A stretch of 64,000 nucleotides of DNA, taken from Podarcis muralis. Its lineage: Eukaryota. Every line of letters starts with the position of its first letter. Position 1 is the stretch's first letter. The DNA is taken from positions 24,304,001 through 24,368,000 of the forward strand of contig NC_135668.1 in the NCBI RefSeq assembly GCF_964188315.1, given 5' to 3'. Positions 48,564-59,881 of the stretch are shown here, in pieces. The notes below the pieces were generated by a model. It made no database searches and was not told the origin of the DNA. It saw nothing but the letters and a program-made list of their open reading frames with translations. The position numbers were made by a program, and so were the translations under genes.

Positions 48564-49429
48564 AAACAACAATCTTTATTACGGTCCAGAGACCCAACAA
48601 ATCGTTACAAAGCAATACACAATTCATACAGCCTACCTCCAGGTTAAACAAGCATTTTGTTCAGAATTTGGGGTCATTGGTTCTTGCAACCACTGATAAA
48701 AACTTTGCCACTGCTAATGTCCTAGCATTTGTCTGGTCTTCCAATAGGAACCTGACATAGTGAGCCTCTGATTTTCCCGGGAAAGTTACCAGCAAGGGTA
48801 GTATCAGTTCAGCCCTGGCTTGCTCATATTTTGCACAGTGCAACAAAATATGTTTTATGGAATTGATGTCTTGAGCACACGAGCAAAGTCTGTCCTGGTA
48901 GGGAACTCCTCTCAACCTGCCATCCAACACTGCAGAAGGAAAGACGTTTAGTCTGGCTTTGGTGAAAAACCTTCGATAGTTTGGTACTGTCAGGTTTTTA
49001 ATGTAAGATGTTAACTTAAAGACATGCCCATATTGTACTCCTACTGCCAGCGGACTACAGACTGCGTGTGATCGAGATTGCAAGTCACTGTATGCATTAT
49101 CTCATAATCTTTGCTTTAACATCTTTTGGGCGCCTTCATAACCCAGGTAATACAGTTGGGGGGGTGATAGACCAAGAGAGGTGGCTTTTTTAGCCATGGA
49201 TTTCTGCCATTTGCTGACAAATTCCTCATTGGCCAGGTGTTGGTACAAACCCTTCCCTAGATCAAACACTGAAATCCTGAGCCAATGTTTTAGCGCAGCC
49301 CACCACGCTTTATTTGAAATTGGGCATTCACCAGCTTCTAAAAGAAGTATGGAGTTGGGGACACAGTTGGGTACCTGCAGCAGAGATCGTAGAAATTTTG
49401 CCTGAAAGCCATCTAGCTTTGGAAGGTCC
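48564..49429 (-). mobile_element. 5'-truncated non-LTR retrotransposon, RTE-X-like, with 12-bp TSD, inserted in a tRNA-Ala SINE
   Basis: One reading frame DLPKLDGFQAKFLRSLLQVPNCVPN..KQRL*DNAY..RRFFTKARLNVFPS..RLCSCAQDINSIKHILLHC (CX1CX8HX4C knuckle). The 3' end is AATAAAGATTGTTGTTTT. TSD ACTGGGGATATA at 48552-48563 and 49430-49441. The clade assignment is less certain than the LINE call. Confidence 0.85.
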
Positions 49430-50887
49430 ACTGGGGATATAGCCCACAACCTTCTGCATACAAAGCAGATGCTCTGTCTTTGAGCCTGAGTTGCAGGACC
49501 ATGGATAGCTCCAAGAGGACAATTTGCTCCACTGTGGGTTGGTTGGTGTTCCCCCCTATGGTTTTTAATCCTCTTGGTCCAGGCTCTTGCTTCCAGCACC
49601 TGCCTGTTACCTGAAGAGTGCAGAGTCATAAAGAGGTAACCTGCTTGTCTAGTAGCTTTGTTTGGTGGAGAGCTTTAGCTAAGTGGTAGCACACCTGCTT
49701 TGCATGACATAGCCCTCAGGTTCAACCCCCAGCTTCTCCGGGTAGGGCTGGGAGAATCAGCCGTATCCTGATAATGTCAGATGACCCATATGTGCCTGTG
49801 CAGATGATCAGCATGTTGCTACACAAGCCCTGGTGATGAGCTGTTCATTGGAGCTATTAAAATCCTGACACTGAGCTGACCATTGGGTCTTTTGAATGAG
49901 GGGAGTTAACACGGGTATGTTACAGTTATCAAAGCCTAGTTGCACCTTACTTGATTTCTGGACACTTGAAAACTGTCAGCTGAATATGCAGAATAAGGCC
50001 ATTGCAAAGTGTTATATCTAAAGGGAAAGAACAGTTTATCTCTGTTTTGGGCTACGATTGCCAGATGGAAGGCAAATTCCACTGGATCTCATGACTCTTC
50101 AGAAGAGTATTTAGAAAGAGATTTCCACTCATGCTCTAACATGGATGTCAAATGTTAGAGCCAGATATTTAATTTTGGAGACCTAATTGGCAACTTTATG
50201 TGCTGGGTGCAGCCTCTCAAAATCCATCAATGTCTTTAGTTTTTCTTTTGACCGAGAGACCCAACTATTTCTGAAGAAAGCATTTGATACAGACTTAGAT
50301 GAGTGCAAGAGGAAAAGAACTCACGCTTTAAACATCAGCTGATCATTTAGGAAGGGAACGAAATGATCTTGTGATTCCAAGTGCCCTTGCTTAATTGCTT
50401 TACGGATTAGGCCACAAGGAGCCTTATTGAATTATTAAGCAATGGGGCTGAACTGGCCTTAATCCAAGGATTCTATTTTAACTTGGCTGGAAACTCTCTC
50501 AAAATAAATTAGGAATTAACATCCAAAGTGTTTATTATACAGTGTAAACCAGGTCCAGTGTTGGCACCTGGCAGAGCTGCAGAACTCTGGTAGAAGCCAC
50601 TGGTTCTGACACTGTCCTTGGCAGTAGTGTAGTGATGTAAGGTCGTGGGAGGTCAAAGACCTGCTACTATTTCTGTAGCAGAGTCCTTGCAGGGTCCCTG
50701 TCATGTTTGAACCAGGAGACATAATAATACTAGAATCTGAGGTCAGCCACTGAATCTGACTGACAAAGCTTGTAGGACAGACTCAAGGAAGTGCTTTTTC
50801 ACACAGTGCCAAATATATGGAATTTGATGCCACAATATGCAGTTAAGGCCACCAACTTGGATAATAATAATAGTAGTAGTAGTAGTA

Positions 50888-50926
<39 letters not shown>

Positions 50927-50927
<1 letters not shown>

Positions 50928-51162
50928 AGTGGTACCTTGGTTTACAAACTTAATCCGTTCCGGAAGTCTGTTCTTAAGCCAAAGCATTCTTAAACCAAAG
51001 CGTGCTTTCCCATAGCAGCGGGGGACTCAATTTACAAATGGAACACACTCAACAGGAAGCGAAACATGTTCTTATTCCAAGGCAAAGTTCACAAACCAAA
51101 CTTGCAGCGTTCTTAATCCAAGTTGTTCATAAACTAAGCTGTTCTTAAACCAAGATACCACT

Positions 51163-51163
<1 letters not shown>
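50927..51163. mobile_element. Tc1/mariner MITE, second family
   Basis: TIRs CAGTGGTACCTTGGTTT / AAACCAAGATACCACTG, with TA on both sides inside (AAT)n. Confidence 0.9.
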
Positions 51164-51207
<44 letters not shown>

Positions 51208-51208
<1 letters not shown>

Positions 51209-51459
51209 AGTTGTACCTTGGTTGTCAAACGGAATCCATTCTGGAAGCTCATTCGACTTCCAAAAACGTTCGACAACCAAGGCAGAGCTTCCGATTGGCT
51301 GTAGGAACTTCTTGCACTCAGTTGGAAGCTGTGGAAGTCACGTCGGATTTTTCGGCTTCCAAAGAATGTTCACAAATCAGAACACTCACTTCCGGGTTTG
51401 AGGAGTTTAGGAGCCAAAACGTTAGACTCACAAGGCATTCGGGATCCACGGTACGACTG
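51208..51459. mobile_element. Tc1/mariner MITE, third family
   Basis: TIRs CAGTTGTACCTTGG / CCACGGTACGACTG, with TA on both sides inside (AAT)n. Confidence 0.85.
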
Positions 51460-51810
51460 TAATAATTTATTATTTATCTGTCTGGGTTTCCCCAGCCACT
51501 CTGGGTGGCTCCCAACAGGATATTAAAAACACAATAAAACATCAAACATGAAAAACTTCCCTAAACAGGGCTGCCTTCAGAAGTCCTCCAGAAGTCAGAT
51601 CGTTGTTTATTTTTTTGACATCTAATGGGAGGGTGTTCCACAGGGTGTGCACTACTATCAAGAAGTCCCTCTGCCTGGTTCCCTGTAGCTTCACTTCTCG
51701 CAGTGGGGGAACCGGCAGAAGGCCCTCAGAGCTGGACCTCAGTGTCTGGGGTGAACAATGGGGGTGGAGATGCTCCTTCAGGTACGCTGGGCTGAGGGTG
51801 TTTAGGCTTA
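51460..51810 (-). mobile_element. L2 3' end whose (ATT)n tail (extending left to about 50862) hosts two MITEs
   Basis: gggtttccccagccactctgggtggc..aacagggctgccttcag..gggagggtgttccacagg..ccctctgcctggttccctg is homologous to 2853-3119. Confidence 0.88.
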
Positions 51811-53226
51811 CAAAGAGGGGGATAAGACTATCAATGATGGCTACTTGCTACCTGCAGTGTTAGTGGTGGTATACAGCTGAATGCCAATTTTGGGGGCTTG
51901 CAAGTGCGGTGAGTCGCTGTTGTACTCATGTGCGCCAGATGGGATTTTGGTGTGATCCAACAGAGCTCTTCTTACAGTCTTGTGCAGATTTCGTGGCTTT
52001 CTTTCTACCTGCTCCTCCTGTGCTATACCACTTATTTCATTCATGCTTTGAAGAATCAACCCACGGTCAGTGATGCAGCTGTGTTCTGCTTCTCTGCCAT
52101 AGCTGCTGGTAGCCCTAGGAGAAACAATGCAGAAGAAGAACAGCTACTCTTGAAAGCTCTGTCTGCCCTGTGTGTTCTGAAGCACAGTGAACTCAAAGCG
52201 CTTTAGAATCCTCTCCCCCTCCCCTTCTACAGAGATCTTGCTCTCAAGCCTCAGCTGAGCACGCATGAAAGTCCCATAAACATACCTAAAACAGCCACCA
52301 AAGGAGACCTTTCCCCAGCTCTGGCCAAATTCTCCTCTCTCATCAACGCTTGGCACTCCCCCTGACTTGACTGTCTGTCCTACTCTTTGCCCTCTCTGCT
52401 CCATTGCAATTGTCCTGGATTTTTTCCTCTCTGCAACTGCTGTCCAAACCAGCTGCACCCACTACATCTTCAGCAGTGGACCGAAGAGGGTATTAATCAT
52501 ATTTTTGAGGAGGACACTCTGCTATTTATCTCCCTGACATCTCCAGCATTTGGGAACCTGGTGCTACACACAGCCCATTGACTAGTAATATTACACATTA
52601 CCATGCTCCATTGCCTCTCCCTGCCCTCTCCATTGAGTGGCTGTTCAACAGTGGAGTTGTGTTTGTTCAATCAGACATAATTTATACCTTTTTCTCTCTT
52701 CCTGGAGAGCCCTTGTTAATTCCAACTTTAAACACGACACTCTCCATAACATTCCCAGCTCTGACCTCGCTGTATGGAGGAAGCTAAACAAAAGCAAGGA
52801 GCTCTGTATGTGTGCGTGTGTGCGTGTGAGAGAGAATGCTATGTTTCTGGACTTAAGCAGTACAAGGAAAGAGTCATAGCTCACTGGAAGAGAGCATGCT
52901 TTGCATGCAGGAGGTCCCAGGTTAAATCCCTGAATCACCAGGTATGACTGGGAAAGACCCCCTGCCTGAAGCCCTCAAGAGCAGCTGCCATTCAGTGTTG
53001 ACAATAATGAGATCAATGGGACAATGGTCTTATTCAATGCAATGCAGCCCTCTATGTTACTAGGTGATTTGGAGTAGTCAAGGCAGACAAAAGGTCTGAT
53101 TCAGCAATGGAGAGACAGCAGCTCAGTGGGAGGGCATCTGCTTTGCGTGCAAAAGTCCCCAGTTTCAATTCCCATCACCTCCAAGTCAAGCTGGGAATGT
53201 CTTCTCCTGAAACCCTGACATACAGT

Positions 53227-53722
53227 GGCCACATTCACACCTTACATTTAAAGCACCATGACACCAATATCAACAGTCAGGGCTTTCCTCAAATCATTAT
53301 GGGAGCTGTGGTCTGTTAAGGGTGCTGGAAGTTGTTAGGATACCCCTTGCCCCGAGTGACAATTCTGGGTGGTTTATCAATCAATTTCTCTTCCTGGGAA
53401 ACCCTGGGAATGGGAGGGGAATGATAAGAATATATATATATATATATTGTATCCAGCCCATCTGACTGGGTTGGCCTAGGCACTCTGGGCCAGCTTCCAG
53501 CATATATAAAAACATAATAAAACAATAAACATCAAAAGCTTCCCTATACAGGGCTGCCTTCAGATGTCTTCTAAAGGTATATAGTTACCTATCTCCTTGA
53601 CATCTGATGGATAAGTGTTCCTTTCCACTACCAAGAAGGCCCTCTGCCTAGGTCCTTGGGAGGGGGAAAGCCATGGATGTTTAAAGTGCATAATGCTTTC
53701 AGTGTATGGTGTGAATGTGACC
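53227..53722. mobile_element. Palindromic MITE-like element interrupted by an L2 3' end (about 53445-53660, minus strand)
   Basis: TIRs GGCCACATTCACACC / GGTGTGAATGTGACC (14/15 match). The insert carries the acagggctgccttcagatgtcttctaaag L2 motif. Confidence 0.75.
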
Positions 53723-55449
53723 GGTGTAGACACTTCTGAGTTAAATGGGCCAATGGCCTGATTCAGCATAATGCAACTCCCTGTTTTTCGGTATGTTTTT
53801 GAAATAGTTGGGAAGAAATAGTCAGTGGGGTAGGAGTGCTTTTCCTATTTGATAAAAAGAGTGTATGTGGTGCCCACTAACATGGGCCTGTGCAAGAAGG
53901 AGGCCCGCCAAGCTGAACACAACCCACAAGTCATGTACTTTGGTCTACCATGAGTTTGAATTCCTGTCTGGAGTTACAGCCTAAGGAGGTGCGTTGGTGC
54001 ATTGGCGCATAGGAACATAGGAAACTGCCTTACACTGAATCAGAGCATTGGTCCATCTAGCTAACAGAAACTGCTCAACCTACTCTTGTGCCTTTCACAG
54101 TAGTTTGATCTGCAGAAATCAGCAGGTGACATAGAGGGGGAACAACATTCACCGGTGTGAGCTTTAAAATCCAACTGCTTTTCTTCTTGTATGTTATTGT
54201 ATGTTATTTCTTTAAAAAAGGGAAATAACCCAACTGCTGTTCAAGGCACAGGAGCAGGCCAGGCTGGGTAAAAAGAAAAGGTGGCAACAGCATTCTGTAG
54301 CTAGGCAGTGTTCCTCTGGCTGAGCTACATATTGCCTCAGCAAGGGATTCTTCTTATGTTTGCTGAGGTAATATGAATGGTGGGGATAATCTGCGGGGAG
54401 AGGAAAGGATGTTTAACATTTCCACCCCTACCCAGACTTCCTTCCGTTCTCTATCAGCCTACCTTCTCAAGAACAGGCTGCAGCACCACATGTGGTGAGG
54501 AAATCTGCTGGGGAGAATTGACAAGCAGGAAAATGGTTACAGATTATTCCCCCCCCCCCACTCATTCTCTCCTGAAAATATTACTCCCCCAGTCCTTGAC
54601 AAACACAGGATTGGCTTCTACGATTGTATCCAGCTACATTCTGCTCAGAGAAAACCCCTTGAAATGAATGGACCTCACTTAGTTATGGTCATTAATTTCA
54701 ATGGGTCTACTCTGAGGAAAATGCAGTTGGATCCCCCCCCCCATTATGTGCAGCTCCACCCATAAATATGTGGGAGCAGCACTTGATCCTAACGGATGGT
54801 GACCTGCACAGCTGTCTAGAATTGCCAAGTTGTAAGAGCAGTTGATGCCCCTCTGTAAATCACGCTTGTGACCCCCAAAACATCCGGGAGGCTTTTCATC
54901 GATCGGAAAGGCTCCCACATTGAAATGCAATACCACTGATGATGAATAATCACCCATTTAGTATTCTGCTTCACCGCTGCCCGTCAAAACCTCAGGAATA
55001 TAAGATTAACATAAGAAGATATTATATATTATAAGCATGACATGAAGAGCAGCGAGATATTGATTTGACCTCTGGAAAGATGGGACGGCATTAACAAAAG
55101 AGGCATGTAGATAGCGGTAAACAGGGACACGGCTGCCAGGATTTTGCTGGCATCTGTTCCTTCGACATCTCTGAGTGATTTACCTGATCACACTTTTGGA
55201 GGGTCTACACTTCCCCTCTGATTTGTGATCGTTCCCCAACTATTCTGGTAATACCGGTGCATTTTGTTTAAATATCAAGTCAAATCAATCAATAGATTCA
55301 CAAGCACACTATGGTGCACTGTCTTGCAATAAGATGATGGCATGTTCAATGTTTTGTGCTTGAATTTTTCTGCCCGCTTTGCATCCATGAGGAATGCATG
55401 GCAACTGGGGAGGCGATGTCACTGAGGCATGCAAAAGTTTCCAGCTTTA

Positions 55450-55913
55450 TTATTTTTTTATAAGATATTTATTAGCATTTTCACAAGTTTTATAAAACAT
55501 AAACATCACACAAAAAAGACACAAAAAAGAAAATCCAAAATACATACAAAAAATCAGAAAACAAACAAAAACCACATGTATAACTTCATTCCCTTATGTT
55601 CGTGAAAATTACTTTCCTGACCTCCTCATACCTCTCCTTACTGCATTCCATTCTCTAATTAATTCTCTTCAACAAATCCGTCCCTTAATTTTAGTTAATT
55701 TTTTTAAACTTTCTTTTCATATTACATAATAATTGCAGCTAGCAACCCCATAATTTCAGAATCAACATCGTCTTAACATTCAACAATTTTACAATATTTC
55801 TTAAGATAGTCTTTAAATTTCTTCCAATCTTCTTCCGCAGTCTCTTTCCCCTGGTCTCGGATTATGCCAGTCATCTATGCCAGTCCCATATAGTCTATAA
55901 CTTTCATCTGCCA
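55450..55913 (-). mobile_element. 5'-truncated L1-clade LINE with 17-18 bp TSD
   Basis: Manual translation WQMKVIDYMGLA*MTGIIRDQGKETAEEDWKKFKDYLKKYCKIVEC*, followed by a 3' UTR and A-rich tail. TSD CAAAAGTTTCCAGCTTT(A) at 55432-55449 and 55914-55931. Confidence 0.9.
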
Positions 55914-56273
55914 CAAAAGTTTCCAGCTTTAATCTCTAGCATTTACAAGTGGGACTGAGCTGAAGAGCTGTTGCTGGTCAGTGAAGACCAGGGGTGGGAA
56001 ACTGGGTTCGCCTGGGAAACTGGATCCTTTATTCCTCTACCCCAAGGGTCAACATTCGCACCTGTCAATCACCTGGCATCATAATAACTTCAGGTGACTG
56101 GCACCTGCCAAATTTCAAAGGAAGTCATTGTAACTGCTGATCAGTAGAATGCTGAGTGCGAGTAATGCTCAACTGATCAGAGGTTACGGGGAGTCCTGCT
56201 GAAGTCTATTTGGAAGAAGTGGCCTGGATTCAAAGCGCTTTCTCCAGATGGAATGTTTTCGCCTCTGCACATG

Positions 56274-56418
56274 CAGTGGCGTAGCGTGGGTTGTCAGCAC
56301 CCGGGGCAAGGCAAGTAATTTGCGCCCCCTAACCGTGGATTTGCGCCCCCTAACCCTAACTCCCAGATGTTGCGCCCGGTGCGGCTGGCCCCCCCTGCAC
56401 CCCCACGCTACGCCACTG
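56274..56418. mobile_element. 145-bp hAT-superfamily MITE with perfect 8-bp TSD
   Basis: TIRs CAGTGGCGTAGCGTGGG / CCCACGCTACGCCACTG. TSD TGCACATG at 56266-56273 and 56419-56426. Confidence 0.93.
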
Positions 56419-57237
56419 TGCACATGTATTGGAGGATGGTGGTTCTTCAAAGCTAGAATTGGGGAAGAATTCATTTGTTCTGCCTTTGTCAGTGGTCTGA
56501 CCACATTCAGTGCTTCTGAATTTACTTGCAGATTGGAATGCAACTCTGAAATGACTCACTTCTCTCGGCCTTTGGTGCACAAAAAGAGCCTGCACACATA
56601 CATATTTTACATAAATGTTTACTGGCAAAAGCATTGAAAAGCACTGAAAAGTGCATATTTTATATTAAAAGGTCCGCACAAAATATGTACAATGGGATAG
56701 AAGGGAAGGGGATGGGTTGCAACACGTCTGCGACTGAATGCCAGTAATTCTGGATGGAATTAGCTACGTAGACCATGCCTAAGTGACACACGACTTTATG
56801 ACGCGACACAGTCCCAGGATGCATTTTTCATGTACACATGCAAAAATAAAAATAAAAAAACACCAACACATATATAACACAAGATTTTAAAATAACGGCA
56901 TCCAAGTTTGCAATGCAGGATTCATGAGCTGATTATGATGGAGTAAGGTCACTCATTATTGAACAAAAATGCAGTCTCGCACGCATGAAATTGGAAGGAG
57001 TGCAACCCACTCTTTCCCCACATTCTTCTGCTGTACGTGCAGATCCCACCTAGGATGGCAGGATTCGTGGGTAGAAATGTCTGAGAATTCCAACCAAAAT
57101 GGAAAATTGCCGGTTGTCTCATGTCCAGAATGGAAATCAACCCAGTGAACACGATTGGTATTAGCTGTTCTTGTTGCTTTCAGTCTGCAAACACTACATA
57201 ACTGAGTCCATTTTGCTCCCCCTTTTCATTGTGTTTT

Positions 57238-57440
57238 CTTTGCATCGAAATGAATGGGAATAACATAATTACAATGCAATTCACATAATTAATTATGCAA
57301 ATGACCCACGTTATGTTCTTTTGCCACCACAGTTAGGCGAATAATGTAGTTTTTGGCAGAAGATGAACTGCATCAGAATGGAAACAGTGTTGAATGAGAC
57401 AATTGCAGGGCAGAATAGAAACCAATGCCTCTTTGTATCT
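57238..57440 (+). repeat. Old unclassified dispersed repeat (homologue of 19779-19960)
   Basis: Same collinear blocks as at 19779. Contains ATGCAAAT at 57295-57302. Confidence 0.6.
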
Positions 57441-57499
57441 TTATTTGTGGGTAATACCACTTCAGTGTAAGTAGGAGCAGGAAGGGGTCATATTTTTTA

Positions 57500-58345
57500 A
57501 ACCAGCGCTCCACAAAGTTGAACTGAATCTTTCAGATAAGCCAGTTTATTACACGCAGGGAAAGAGATTGCCCTTTTTGCCACCTGCAGAACGAAGTGTA
57601 GCAACCAGAATGCTACTTTCTCAGCCCAGCGCCTCATTATGCAGATTGTACCTTATTTAGCAAACTTCCAGGAATATATGGAGATAAATAAATAAAAGCC
57701 TCGCATACAATAAAGATGCCCAGTTAAGATGCCAACATGAAATGTCGGCTCTAAGAACCAAGGGTTAATTATCAGAGACCTGCACGTGGAAGGGAAAATG
57801 ACTTTATTGAGCTAATGCTCCAAATTTACTGCCTCTTTTCTTCCCCCCGGTCTTGGAAAACACAAAAGATAGCCGTTTGTTCACCATCGTAGTCAGCATA
57901 CTCCGCGACTCAATTAGTAAACATGTCAAGAGGTGGGTTAGTTATTCATGGTTCAGGGGCCCAGCCCCCTCTCAAAAAGAGGGCTGCTTTTTTTTCACTC
58001 TAATGAAATGATGGATAATCTGGAAGTAGGTGCTTTAAGAAGATATTAATCATCCTCGGTGGTATTGTTAATCATGCGTTCTATCATCTCCAGATGCTGA
58101 GCATCACCTTCCTTGGAGATAAAGGGCACCCGAGCTACTAGAGTCCTTTTGATCACCTTTCTCGCAAGCTGGGCACGTCGACGGCATTCAAAAAGGGAAG
58201 CTTTCAAATCTCAGGGCATCCTTAGAAAGTGACGCAGGGAAAGGTTTTAGGCAGGGCCGCAACGTTTAGGACATTAATTGGCAACATTTAAATCCATTCA
58301 AAACCTTTTGATCGATTAAAAAGGCTATCCCAATTAGTCAGGAAA
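57500..58345. promoter_or_regulatory. Candidate conserved non-coding element or enhancer
   Basis: Repeat-free and relatively CpG-retaining. Motifs: CTCATTATGCAGAT 57633-57646, CACGTG 57783-57788, CAATTA+GTAAACA 57911-57923. This is motif-based inference only. Confidence 0.35.
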
Positions 58346-58386
58346 TGCACACGTGCGCGCGCGCGCGCGCACACACACACACACAC
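58345..58386. repeat. 42-bp alternating purine-pyrimidine tract including (GC)8 and (CA)n
   Basis: atgcacacgtgcgcgcgcgcgcgcgcacacacacacacacac is directly visible. Confidence 0.9.
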
Positions 58387-58918
58387 TTCATACAAAAACC
58401 ACAGGAGACAGGCAGAATCATAGGAACATAGGAAGCTGCTTTGTCCTGAGTCAAACCACTGGTTTACCTCGTTCAGTACCGTTTACAGTGATTGGTACCA
58501 GCTCTCCAGACTTTCAGACAGGAGGCTCTCCCAGCCCTGACAGGAGATGCCAAGAATTGAACCCAGTATCTTCTGCATGCAAAGCAGATATTCCACCTCT
58601 CAGCTGCAGCACGTCCCCTGAAAGGTACCTTTCAAAAGGTATGACTCATTTTTGTTCACTTTATACAGAATGCCCCTTCTAAGACGGTGCACTGCTACAA
58701 CATATATACACACTATTTCTATATTAAAAAGGTGGATTTTTGTTGTTATCAAGAGTTATTTATTTACCCAGCTTTTCAGCCGCCCCATTCCTGTGACTTC
58801 AATTTGTTTAACTGCTTTTATATTGAATTTTAAATCGCCGTAACTCACTCTGGGACCTGCTGATGAAGCAGGGGTGATGATGATGATGATGATGATGATG
58901 ATAATGCCACTAATAGAG

Positions 58919-59057
58919 CAGGGGTAGCCAAGCAGGTGATGCCCTCTGGATATTATGGGCTGCAACTCCCATCAGCCCCACCCAGCATGGCGAGTGGTCT
59001 GGGCCAATGGGAGTTGTAGTTCAAAAAATCTAGAAGGCATCATCTTGGATACCCCTG
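58919..59057. mobile_element. ~140-bp hAT-type MITE
   Basis: TIRs CAGGGGTAGCCAAG / CTTGGATACCCCTG (13/14 match) and an internal palindrome (caactcccat..atgggagttg). Confidence 0.8.
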
Positions 59058-59489
59058 GGCTAGGAATTCTACCACATCACTCTGCTTCATGTGCTTCATG
59101 CCTTTCTTATACAGCTTTCAAAAGGATTAGGCCAGATCATGGAGTATTGATAGGTATTGGCTTAGAAGGGATTAGGTCTGGGATTGCATATGTTGGCTGG
59201 GGTTGATGGAAGTTCACCATCTGGGGGGCCACAGGTTCCTCATCCCTGGGTTAGACAACTCCATGGATGATGATAGGTCAATCAGTGATTTGTCACAATG
59301 CTGAAATGGCACATCTATTTTCAGAGGAAGTCTACTTCTCAGGCGTTGGGGGACTGTCAAGAGGAAAGTCCTACTGCATTTACACTCTGTATACGTAAGC
59401 TTCTCATAAGATTCTGGCTTGCCCAGACGTGGAAACAGAATAGTAGGCTTATGAAACCATTTTTTTAATCTTTCAGAGTAGTACTTCTG

Positions 59490-59543
<54 letters not shown>

Positions 59544-59881
59544 GGGAGGGTGATCCAAACATCTGCAGGGAAAAGAAGTGCCTGATGTATTGTCCTCTAT
59601 TTTCTATTTTCAGAACATGCCAGGAGAAGGCAGGTCAAGTATGTCACTGACTTGGTTCTGGGATGTCCACTCCAGTTAATAAAAACACTCCGAGACTGGA
59701 AAGTCTTCTGGCCAATTAGACCAATGTTATGTTCTTTCTTCTCAAATATAGCAAAAAGGAGAAATGCGAATCAACTCACATCCAGAGCATGCCCTAGATG
59801 GCCCAAACATTTTAAAAGCAGCATCAACATTTCCAACGGCCAAAGAAAGGATCTTGAATCTTTCCTGAAGAGAACAACTTA

